DNA from: Gekko japonicus
Lineage: Eukaryota
Length of the DNA stretch: 64,000 nt
Direction: 5' to 3'
Assembly (NCBI RefSeq): GCF_001447785.1
Contig: NW_015173687.1
Coordinates: 437,362 to 501,361, forward strand
How positions within the stretch are numbered: position 1 is the first letter of the stretch; each line of letters begins with the position of its first letter. The notes beneath the pieces are model-generated. The model made no database searches, was not told the origin of the DNA, and worked only from the letters and a program-made list of their open reading frames with translations. Of the stretch, positions 25,267-36,320 are shown one piece after another. The position numbers were made by a program, and so were the translations under genes.

Positions 25267-25324
25267 GTCTTGGGGCCTCGGGGAGGTGAGGAGGCCCAGC
25301 CATGGAACTGAGTTCGACATCCAT

Positions 25325-26256
25325 TCATGGCAAATGGGATTCAATGTGGCCAAGTGCAAAGTGATGCACACTGGAGCCAAAAATTCTAACTATAAATACA
25401 CATTGATGGGGTCCGATCTGGCAGAGACTGACCAAGAGAGAGATCTTGGAGTCATAGTAGATAACTCACTGAAAATTTTGAGACAGTGTGCGACTGCAAT
25501 GAAGAAGGCCAATGCTATGATGGCGATTATTAGGAAGGAAACTGAAAACAAATCAGCCAGTATCATAATGCCCCTGTATAAATCGATGGTGCGACCTCAT
25601 TTGGAATATTGTGTACAGTTCTGGTCACCACACCTCAAAAAGGATATTATAGCATTGGGAAAAGTGCAGAAAAAGGCAACTAGAATGATAAAAGGGTTGG
25701 AACACTTTCCCTATGAAGAAAGGTTAAAGCGCTTGGGGCTCTTTAGCTTGGAAAAACTATGGTTGAGGGGTGACATGATCGAGGTTTATAAGATTATGCA
25801 TGGGATAGAGCAGGTAGAGAATGAAGTACTTTTCTCCCTTTCTCACAATACAAGAACTCGTGGACATTCAATGAAATTGCTGAGCAGTTGGGTTAGAACA
25901 GAAAAAAGGAAGTACTACTTCACCCAAAGAGTGATTAACACATGGAATTCACTGCCACAGGAGGTGGTGGCGGCTACAGGCATGGACAGCTTCAAGAGGG
26001 AATTAGATAAGCATATGGAGCAGAGATCCATCAGTGGCTATTAGCCACAAGGTATAGATAGGAACCCTGGGGCAAGTGATGCTCTGTCTTCTTGGTGCTG
26101 GGGGGGGGGGGCAACAGTGGGAGAGCTTCTAGTGTCCTGGCCCCACTGCTGGACCTCCTGATGGCACCTGGTATTTTGGGCCACTGTGTGACAGAGTGTT
26201 GGACTGGATGGGCCTTTGGCCTGATCCATCATTGGCTTCTCTTATGTTCTTATGTT
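25325..26256 (+). mobile_element. 5'-truncated CR1 LINE with open ORF2 C-terminus
   Basis: WQMGFNVAKCKVMH...ERDLGVIVD...LYKSMVRPHLEYCVQFWSP...RTRGHSMKL...WNSLP; (TTCTTATG)n tail. Confidence 0.95.
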
Positions 26257-28020
26257 CCTTTTGAATGAGTCCATATCTTTTAAGGTTAAAGATGCTGGCC
26301 CCAAGTCTCACTCACTTTAATCTGCTCCCTGACTGCCTGTTTCAGAAAGGGTAAAGTTGGCTGCCCTTTCCCCTCCTGGGCCCTGCATATTCCACAGAGG
26401 CCCCCAGGAAGTTTGTGTGGTGCTTCTGACCCTGGAAGTTGCTAGAGTGAGGCTGTTAGCAGGGTGAGCTGTGGTGTCCCTGCTGCCCAGGAGAGGGCAG
26501 GGCAGAATCTGGGTTTCCACCCATACTGGAAGCAGTCAACCTCATGGAAATGTGTCATTGATGGCCTAGGAGGGAATTCCTACATAGCAGCTTTTCTCTG
26601 GGCTCTTGAGCTGCTTGACACTTTGCCAGGAGCATCGGCCTGCTTCACTGCAGCGACAGCAGGCAGGGTGAGGCGCCTTAAAAATGGTTGAGGGGCTCGA
26701 GGGTAGAGCACCATTATGAGCTATCAAGAGTGGCAGTCGGCAGCCCCCTGTGGCTCCCCAGCACCACCAGCTGACCCAAACGTAAACCCAGTCAACTGGC
26801 AGTGGAAGGAGGAGCCACATTACGACCCCAAGCCTTCCCAAGTGAAACATAGAGCTGGAAGGGGACCTCAAGGGTCATCTAGTTCAACCCTTGCTCAACA
26901 CAGGAAATTCCCCCCTGTGACCCCTGCTGTATGCCCAGAGGAAGGGGGAACCTTCCAGGTTCCCTGGCCAGTCTGGCCTGGGGAGAATTCCTTCCTGACC
27001 CCAAAATGGCAATCGGCATTACCCTGGGCATGGAAGAGTGGGCCATGAAAGCTGAGCTGGAGACTCCAGTTTGGCCTTTAGGCCAACACCTCATTTCTGC
27101 CCTGAGTGAAAGAGAGCAGCCTGGTCCCCCAAACGCTCCTTGTTCAGAGAAACTCAGGATGGCTGAGCACAAGAGATGCCGTGCCACCCTTCTCAGCAAT
27201 CCCACTGGCTCTACCTCCCTTCCCTTTCCACAGTCCCACATGAGCTTGGAGCTATTCCTCACCTGCAGGCTGCTGCTGCGAGTCTCCCACTGACTAAGAT
27301 GTTATCAGGCAAAAAGATAGGATGGTACTGAATTTCAGACACAGTCTAGTAGCTGGTGACCATTCCCTTGGTTTTAATTAATTCAATTTCTATCCTGTCC
27401 TCCCCGCGAACGAGCTCAGGGTGGGTTACAAGGTCACACAAAATCGTGACAACTATGTCAGTATTTCATCCCAGTATTCCTAGACCTCCAAAAATTCCAC
27501 CATACATACAAGAAGGTGCTATATTTTTCAATCTCTAACATTTAGTAGAAACTGAGAGTCAAACTCTATGTAACATTTTTAACTTATTACATGTGTTCTT
27601 ACATTTCCCTTAGTCACATATTATTTTGAAATCTAGCTCAAAGGGGGCTCCTGAAAAAAAAAAATTATGGAGCCTTTACAGATCAGACCATGCCGGTACT
27701 ACCATTCAAAGAAAACAGGGTAAGCGTCTGTTACTATGTCAACACAGGAATTATGTCAGTTCCACAGAATAATGCATTTGCTATAATTGTGAGCGATAAT
27801 TGTGAGGCCGCTCTCTTTCACTCAGGGTAGAAAGAAGCTGTTGACCTGAAGGCCAGACTGGAGTCTCTAACGAGCTTGGTTTTCATGGCCAGTTCTTACA
27901 TGCCCAGGAAAATGCAAGTTGCCATTTTGGGGTCAGGCAGGAATTTCTCCCTAGGCCAGCCTGGCCAGGGATCCTGGGGGGTTTGTCCCTTCCTCTGGAC
28001 ATAGAGCATGGGTCACAGAG

Positions 28021-28553
28021 TAGGGTTGCCGGGTTCCCTTGTCGCTCCAGTGGGGGGATTGGGGGGACATTCTGGAGGTGGGCGGGAATGCCCCAAGCCG
28101 CACCCCCAGGAGCAACCACCTGCCTGGCCACCCCTCTCCCTCCCCTCCTGCCCAATTTAAAAGGCTTCAGCTGATCAGCGGGGACCATGTGGCCTGTCGA
28201 CCAGCTGAAAGGCCCTTTAAATCTAGCAGGAGGAAGGGAGGGGGCAGTCGTGGGTCACATACTTGGCTCGAAAAAAGACCTTTAAAAGGGTCTTTTTGCA
28301 AGCGGATCGCAACTGCCCCTCTCCCCCCCCCCCGCTAGATTTAAAGGGCCCTCCAGCTGGTTAGCAGGCCACGTGGTCCCTGCTGATCAGCTGAAGCCCT
28401 TTAAAATGGGCAGGAGGGGAGGGAGAGGGGAGGCCAGGTGGGTGGTCACTCTTGGTGGGGCGGGGCTTCCCCTGCCAGCCAGCTGGCTGGGGGTGGATTG
28501 AAGCCCCCAGAAGCGGGGGAACCCCTGCCTGGACCTGGGGGCTGGCAACCCTA
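28021..28553. mobile_element. Foldback hAT-type MITE (TAGGGTTGCC TIR)
   Basis: TAGGGTTGCC...GGCAACCCTA, TSD TCACAGAG/CCACAGAG, internal inverted arms around ~28283. Confidence 0.85.
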
Positions 28554-28593
28554 CCACAGAGGGAAATTTACTGTGTTGAGCAAAGGTTGGACT

Positions 28594-29655
28594 TAGGGTT
28601 GCCAAGTCCATCTTTGTCCCCAATGGGGGACCTTGGGGGCATTCCCGGAGGGGGCAGGGCACTCCAACACGATGACATCACGTTAGGGATGTCCCTGCTC
28701 CAAGCCCCAGCCCTGAGAACTATCGCAGGAGGCCACCCCTCTCCCTAACGTCCTGCAAGATTTAAAGGGCCCGCTGATCAGGTGGAGGGCCCTTTAAATC
28801 TTGCAAGACGGGAGGAGGTGGCTGCCGCTGCACACCTGAACTCCAAACACCAATGCCGCTTGGAATTCAGGCTCATGGGGCTCGGTCGCTGGTGGCCAGA
28901 AGCACTTAAAGGGACCCCTTTAAGTGCTTCCTGCTGGTGGCAAGCACTTAAAGGTGTCCCTTTAAGTGCTTCCAGCCAGCAGCCCCACACACCCGATCTC
29001 TGAGCAGCATTACCACTTGGAGATCAGGCATACGGGGCCCGGTCCCCACCAGCTTCAAACACTTAAAGGGGTCCCTTTACATGCTTCCAGCCGGGGGGCC
29101 CATAACACCTGATCTCTGAGCAGTATTACCGCTTGGAGATCAGGCGCACGGGGCCCAGTCCCTGCCGGCTGCAAGCACTTAAAGGCATCCCTTTAAGTGT
29201 TTCCAGCCGTTAGCCCCACGCGCCCAATCTCTGAGTGGCATTACTGCTTGGAGATCAGACACGCGGGGCCTGGTCCCCGCCGGCTGCAAGCACTTAACAT
29301 GGTCCCTTTAAGTGTTTCCAACCGGCAGCTCCGAGCAGTATTACCAGTTGGAGATCGGACACGTGGGGCGCGGTCCTCACTGGCTGCAGTCTCCAAGTGG
29401 CATTATGGGTTGGAGATTGGACATGTGGGGCCCGGTCCCCGCCAGCTGCAAGCACTTAAAGGGTCCCTTTAAGTGCTTCCAGACAGTGGCCCCATGCGCC
29501 CGATCTCCAAGTGGCAATGCTGCTTAGAATTCAGGCATGCAGCCTGTAGCCACCCGTCTCCCTCTCCTCAAGGGAGAAGGGAGAGAGGGGGCTGCAGGTG
29601 TTCAGGCTTGGGGGGGGGTTGAACCCCCCCAGATGAGGGGGGTCTGGCAACCTTA
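28594..29655. mobile_element. hAT-type element with internal 115-bp satellite, copy 1
   Basis: TAGGGTTGCCA...TGGCAACCTTA, perfect 8-bp TSD GTTGGACT. Confidence 0.9.
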
Positions 29656-30300
29656 GTTGGACTAGAGGACCCCTTGAAGTCCCTTCCAGCTCTATGTTTC
29701 TGTTCCACTTGGGAAGGCTCAGGGTAAATGTGGCTTTTCCTTCCACTGCCAGCTGGGTCAGTTGGTGGTGCTGGGATCCACAACTGCCAAATGCTGCACG
29801 TAGAGACCCAGATGGTGGCCTCTCTGCTAGTCTTGATAGCTCTTGGTGTTCCACCCTCCATTTTTAAAGGAGCCTCACCCTGCCTGCTGTTGCTGTAGTG
29901 AATCAGGCTGCCACTCCTGGCGAACTGTCAAGCAGCTCAAGAACTGGAAGAATAACTGCCATATGGGGATTCTCTCCTGGCCTCTGACTTGTGTTTCTCC
30001 TGGCTCACCAGTAACCAAAAAGAGGGAAAAGGTAAAGACAGCAAAAGAACCACATTACAGAGGAGCTGCAAAGACCTAAGTCAATCTGCTGTCTGATGGG
30101 AACGGTGAATGATCAAGCCTGCAAACCATCCAGGCTGAGTGGTCGCTCCTGGGGGCAGGGCTTGGGGCGGGGTTTCCCCCACCACCCAACTGGCTGGGGG
30201 TGGATTGAAGCCCCCAGAAGCGGGGGAACCCCCACCTGGACCTGCGGGCTGGCAACCCTACCACAGAGGGGAATTTCCTGTGTTGAGCAAGGGTTGGACT

Positions 30301-31350
30301 TACGGTTGCCAAGTCCATCTTTGTCCCCGGAGGGGGATTTTGGGGGGTGTTCCGGGAGGGGGTGGGGCATCCCCAACACGATGATGTTAAATTAGGGATG
30401 TCCCTGCTCCAAGCCCCACCCCTGAGAACTATTGCGGGAGGCCACCCCTCTCCCTAACATCCTGCAAGATTTAAAGGGCCCACTAATCAGGTGGAGGGCC
30501 CTTTAAATCTTACAAGAGGGGAGGAGGTTGCTGCCGCTGCGCACCTGAACTCCAAGCACCAATGCCGCTTGGAATTCAGGCCCATGGGGCCCAGTCACCG
30601 CTGGTCAGAAGCACTTAAAGGGACCCCTTTACATGCTTCCAGCCAGAGGCCCTGCCGGCTGCAAGCACTTAAAGGGGTCCCTTTAAGTGCTTCCAACTGG
30701 CAGCCCCACATGCCCGATCTCCAAGCGGCATTACTGGTTGGAGAGCAGACGTGCGGGGCCCAGTCCCCACCGGCTGCAAGCACTTAAAGGGGTCCCTTTA
30801 AGTGCTTCCAGCTGGCAGCCCCACGTGCTGGATCTCCAAGCGTCATTACCGCTTGGAGATCAGGCTCACAGGGCCCAGTCCCCACTGGCTCCAAGCACTT
30901 AAAGGGGTCCCTTTAAGTGCTTCCAGTCAGCAGTTCCACATGCCCGGTCTCCAAGTGACATTACCAGTTGGAGATTGGATATGCAGGGCCCGGTCCCCAC
31001 TGGCTGCAAGCACTTAAAGGGGTCCCTTTAAGTGCTTGCAGCCGGTGGGCCCCACTTGCCCAATCTCCAAGTGGCAGTACTGCTCGGATATCAGACATGT
31101 GGGACCCGGTCCCCACCGGCTGCAAGCACTTAAAGAGGTCCCTTTAAGTGCTTCCAAATGGCAGCCCCATGTGTCCGATCTCCAAGCGGCAATGCTGCTT
31201 GGGATGCAGCCTGCAGCCACCCCTCTCCCTCCCATCTCTCAAGAGAGAAGGGAGAGAGGTGGCTGTGGGTGTTGGGGCTTGGGGGCAGGATGAACCCCCC
31301 AAAAGTGGGTAACCCCCCCCCCAGACCCGGGGGGGTGTCTGGCAACCCTA
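30301..31350. mobile_element. hAT-type element with internal 115-bp satellite, copy 2
   Basis: TACGGTTGCCA...TGGCAACCCTA, same TSD GTTGGACT and same flanks as copy 1. Confidence 0.9.
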
Positions 31351-32539
31351 GTTGGACTAGTGGATCCTTGAGGTCCCTTCCAGCTCTATGTTTCTGTTCC
31401 ACTTGGGAAGGCTCATGGTCATAATGCGGCTCCTCCTTCCACTGCCAGCTGGCTGGGTTTACATTTGGGTCAGCTGGTGGTACTGGGAGCCACAGGGGCT
31501 GCCAAATGCTGCAGGCAGAGACCCAGATGGTGCCTTTTCTTTTTAGTCTTGATAGCTCTTGGTGTTCCACCATCCAGCCGCTCAACCATTTTTGAAGTAG
31601 CCTCACCCTGCCTGCTGTTGCTGTAGTGAAGCAGGCTGCCAGTCTTGGTGAATAATCAAGCTACTCAAGAACTGGATGAAAAGCCGCTATATGGGGATTC
31701 CCTCCTGGCCTATCACCTGTGTTCCTCTTGGCTCACCAGTAACCCAAAACAGGGAAAAGGTAAAAACAGCAAAAGAACCATATTACAGAGGAGACCCAAG
31801 TCAGTTCGTTGGCTGATGGGAATGGTGGATGATCAAGCCTGCAAACCATCCAGGCTGGGCTGGGCTGGGCTGGGCCGACCTTCGGGGCCAGAGATGCTGT
31901 GACCATTTTCAATTCCGCTCCTGGCTCGCGCAGATAAAATCCATTTCTGAGGCGGGCCGAAAGCGGACTAAACGGCCCATCTGAACGCACCCAGTGTGAC
32001 ATAAGCAAGCGAAACATTGTTATTGGTTCCATCAAACATCAGCACTCTGACCTCACAGGTCTCTGATTGGCAGAAAGCCTTTTGTGCCTGGCTTTCCCAA
32101 GTACAGTTCATTCTACCTTTTACCCTTTAATAGACAATGGGCACTTCTCTCCCCCAGACTGTGAAGTTCTAAAAGTCTATCTATTTGACTTAATATAAGA
32201 CAGGGTGTCTTTGTTCACCATTTAGCTAGGCTAGCTGATATCAGAAATATGTTCGGGTTATAGCTAAAATGCAAGGCTATGTGGCCTGTCTATGGGTTAG
32301 GCTTCAGCAAAATAATGGTATGTTAGCAGCTTTTTATTCTCCCAGCATGCATTTTTAGTTATCTTTGCTGTGTCATGAGACTCTGTGCATACGGAGCAGG
32401 AAATAACTACCCCCCAGGAGGGTTTTCACCCAAAAATACCATTTGGGGGCCGAGGAAGGAGTTGCTTCTCCCCCCACAGCACCATTCTGAGCCCATTTGG
32501 ACTCTCTCTTTTAGAAGCAGTTCCATGTAGCTGCTGTGT

Positions 32540-32857
32540 CTATATAGGAACGAAATAATACTATGAGGTATTTAAGAGAAAAGAAAAACTATACGGAAGA
32601 AATGTTTGTACAACAATGGTATCCTTTTATTATGGGAATCAAATGCACGGATTAAATAACGCTCAGCAAAAGATATTACTATGTGCTCAGTTGAGGATAT
32701 AGACTCTATTAGAGTTCCCTTTTCTTCTTTACTATAAGATGATCACTTTATTTACTTATGTCATTGTACAGTTCCACTATAATAGGATGACTTTATTTAC
32801 TTATGTCATTGTACGATTGTAAATGTATATATTTTTACAATAAAGAAATTTTAAAAA
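32540..32857 (+). mobile_element. Probable L1 3' end fragment
   Basis: EEMFVQQWYPFI-type terminal peptide, AT-rich UTR, AATAAA and A-tract. Confidence 0.45.
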
Positions 32858-33844
32858 CGTTCTTCAACTGTTTGAAAAGGTATATTTATAAAATGTTCTC
32901 TTGTTTTTGATCAGATAGAATATTTTGTGTTAAATGTGTTGTGATTTGCCTTGCTCAGAGACTTCGAGGCCTGGAAACTCTAACTACAAGGAAACAAAAT
33001 AGTACTTCACTGCAGAAGACCAAAAGGCTTGGGGGGGACAATATCCAGGAAGTCCTAATCCCCCTCACCGCTTGCTACAGATAGATAAAGTCTTGGTATA
33101 GATAGAACAAAATATATCTGAGCCAAGAATAATCTCTTCTATGAATGCTAAGACTGCAAATACTCTGCACGTTTCCAGAGTGCTTGTCTCTCACTATAAA
33201 GAAAGCACACCTCTACATATACTGAGCCTGAATTTCTAGGCAGAAGGGTGAGATTTGCCGGCTGGCGCAATTTTGGAATGTCCCAGCACTGATTCATTGT
33301 TTTCTCCCTTGCCCCTCCGCTTTCAGCAGTCCTCCCCACTGAACCTTGCAATGCATAGAGCCTTCGGCCTGGACTCACTCGTATTTGCAAGAGACCGCCA
33401 GGCTGGCAGTCCAAGTTGCTAAGTACAGCCTGGCAAACACAATATCAATTCTGTGTGATTGTTCAGTTGTCACTCTATATAATACAGTAAACCTAATATC
33501 CTCTGCTCTATGGCCAGCCTCCATGTAATGCATCACCATAGGAGCTTCTTTTGAATCAAGTGTCAAGTATTTTTGAATCAAGTGTCAAGTATTTTGGGGT
33601 ACGGTGCTACAGTTTTTGACTGTGGTGTTATATGCACAACCTCCAGATGGTGGCTGGAGATCTCCTGGGATTACAACTGATCTCCAGGTGAGAGAGATCA
33701 ATTCCGCTGGAGAAAATGGCTGCTTTGAAAGGCTCTATGGCAACACAACCCATTGAAGCCACTCCTCTCCCCATCCCTGCCCTCCTCAGGCTCAACCCCC
33801 AAAATCTCCCAAGTATTTTTCAACCTGGAGTTGGTAGCCCTAGT

Positions 33845-34278
33845 CAGGGGTCATTTCACAGAAAAAGAGGTGCAGGAGCTCATTAGCATAACCCATTTGC
33901 ATAACTCATTAGCATAACTTATTTACATATGCCACACCCCGACACCACCAGAAGTGTGTCAGAAGGCAACACCCACCGCTCAGGCTCCACTGGACTGTTT
34001 TGGATTGCTAGCTATTTGGGGGGGGGGGGGGGCATATCTGTCCTCGCAGAGGGGGGAGGGCTTATACCTGAATAAAACCTGGTCCTAAAGGTGCCACTTG
34101 AGAAANNNNNNNNNNNNNNNNNNNNNNNNNNNNNNNNNNGGGGGGGGCTCTGCAACGTACCTGGCTGCTTCTTGCTTTGACTGAGGGCTGCTGGGAGCAG
34201 GGGGTGGGGCTTGTTGCATGTGCCTGCCCCCTGGGCTTTTTACTGCCGGAGCTCCGCTCCTGCAGGAAGTGACCCCTG
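33845..34278 (+). mobile_element. hAT-type MITE (CAGGGGTCATTT family)
   Basis: TIRs with perfect 8-bp TSD GCCCTAGT; homologous to 41689-42083. Confidence 0.9.
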
Positions 34279-34369
34279 GCCCTAGTTGCTCTCCCACAGG
34301 GGCTCCTTCCTGTTGCTACTATAGGCCTGAAAGAACATGGCCGGAACTGAAGTTATGTTGTCCTGCACA

Positions 34370-34520
34370 GTCCAAAAAAGTCAAAACCAGCACTTTGACT
34401 TGTGCCCAGAAACAGATGGGTAACCAGTGCAGATCTTTCAGCACAAGGGTGGTACAATACCAGCCCAACAGTAGCCTGGCTGCCTTGGGCTGAACCAATT
34501 GAAGTTTCTGAACCATTGTC
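34370..34520 (-). mobile_element. L2 fragment
   Basis: QKLQLVQPKAARLL...VLKDLHWLPI...KVLVLT. Confidence 0.7.
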
Positions 34521-34914
34521 AAAAGCAATGCGTTTATTAATTACACATTTCTGCAGAATTTCAAAACTCAGTATATGCTTGAATATTTTAAGGGCCAGTT
34601 TCCAAGCGGATTGAATATTATACCTGCCCAAACTGGACCCAAAACATACTATCCAGTTACACATGATTGCAGCAGCAGGTCAGATTTGAGTTACAACAAA
34701 AGGTAGCCCTTGACTCCTAGATTTCCTTGATCCTGGGAGCTCATACAGCATAGCAGCTCAATGAGAAAGTTAGGAAGTCCCCTGTTCAAATCAATCCTGA
34801 TCCAGCCACTATGTCATATGGCTCTCACAAGGTTGTTATAAGGAGTTCTTTGAACATGGATCCGCCAGTTTCTATCTATCAGATTTTGTTGCTCTGTCCA
34901 CAATAAGCCCTAAT

Positions 34915-35070
34915 GTGGATAGCCCAGGCTAGCTCAATCCTGTCAGATCTTGGAAGCTAAGCAAGGTCTGCCTTAGCTAGTATTTGGAAGGGTGACCTCC
35001 AAGGAATACCAGGATTGTGACACAGAGTCAGGCAATGGCAAACCACCTCTGAAACGTCTCTTGACTTAAA
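34915..35070 (+). mobile_element. 5S rRNA-derived SINE fragment
   Basis: Degenerate GATCTCGGAAGCTAAGCAGGG...TAGTACTTGGATGGGAGAC 5S motif joined to a non-5S body. Confidence 0.65.
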
Positions 35071-35519
35071 AACAGTTCTAGCTCGCCACCTAGTGGTGCA
35101 TAACTCTAAAGAGCTAAAACGTCTGGCTGCCAGACAGTCTATATCTCTTGGCTATTCTACACACAATGCCATATGATAGTTATTAATTATTATTGTCCAC
35201 AATATCTGGCTAATAGCATTGGCTTACCATACACAGCTATCATAAGGATTATGGGTCATGTATGCAAAGCTGTGCAAGCATTCTAAATGCTACCTAAACA
35301 TTTCGTTCATTTTGGGAGCAGGATGCATTTTTTCTTTGCTAAATTGAGGGCATTTCTGTTTACAAGGCATTCTCTTCAGCCAGGCCCTATTAAAAGGGAC
35401 CTGTTAAATGGGTGTGAGAAACTGCACCTCAACTGTGCTATGTTGAGCAACTATTTAGAATGCACCATCCAACTATATTTTTTTGTATTTTTATATGTGT
35501 GTGAGCATGTGAGTGTGTG

Positions 35520-35728
35520 TGCACCTGGAAGTCATGGTGACCTCTGTTGACTGACCCCTTCTGGGGGGCTGGAGGATATTCAGAGAGGTGGCTGAATAAA
35601 GCCTGCCCCCGCCTTCCGCCTCTGGCATTCCAAGGAAGTCTCCTATCTAAGTACTTGCCAGAGACTACCCTGCTTAGCTTCCGAGATCTGACAAGATCAG
35701 GCTAGCTTGGGCTATCCAGGTCAGGGCC
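35520..35728 (-). mobile_element. 5S rRNA-derived SINE
   Basis: Reverse 5S-like head CCCTGCTTAGCTTCCGAGATC. Confidence 0.65.
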
Positions 35729-35820
35729 CAACTATATATGATGGTTATAGCACCTGACAACTTACAAGCTAGCCCCAAACACCTACAGGGGTCTGGCCAA
35801 GGCTTGGGGTAGAGTCCGTG

Positions 35821-36320
35821 TTTTTATTTATTTATTTATTTATTTATTACTTTGATTTTTACCCCGCCCTCCCCACCGAGGCAGGCCCAGGGCGGCTTAC
35901 ATAAGGGAACCAATAAAACAGCAATATAAATATCAGTATAAAATGCATGATAAAAATTTAAAACCATTAGTATATCGATGGCAAAGCAGATATAATAAAG
36001 TGCATTTAGAACCATTTGTTCAGCAATTCATCCACTCTCGGCAGGCCTAGGCTGGCAGAACATCGGCACAGGGCATAGATGGTAAGGTGCAGCTCCTTAC
36101 TTAAATGCCTGATGGAAAAGCTCCATTTTCACGGCCCTGCGGAACTGTGAGAGGTCCCGCAGGGCCCTGATCTCATCCAGAAGCTCATTCCAATAGGTAG
36201 GAGCCGCCACAGAAAACGCCCTGGTCCTGCTCGATACCAGCCTGGCATCCTTAGGGCCGGGGGGGCCAAGCGGTTTTGCGATCCTGATCACAGTGCTCCC
36301 TGGGGAACATGTGGGCAGCT
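35821..36320 (-). mobile_element. L2 3' fragment
   Basis: RTRAFSVAAPTYWNELLDEIR...FRRAVKMELFHQAF; (TTTA)n tail. Confidence 0.85.

Larger units (their letters stand above)
26560..31860. repeat. Local duplication complex: inverted arm 26560-27122 versus 27805-29985, plus tandem ~1.7-kb units 28440-30135 and 30136-31860
   Basis: Direct comparison of the segments by eye; boundaries approximate. Confidence 0.85.

Noticed and set aside
25286-26044. 252-aa ORF as a host gene
   Set aside because: It is the C-terminus of CR1 ORF2 followed by a CR1 tail
28900-31200. CRISPR array (palindromic repeat at regular spacing)
   Set aside because: Spacers are ~85 bp, homologous to each other and self-complementary; the array lies inside TIR/TSD-bounded elements in vertebrate DNA; no cas genes
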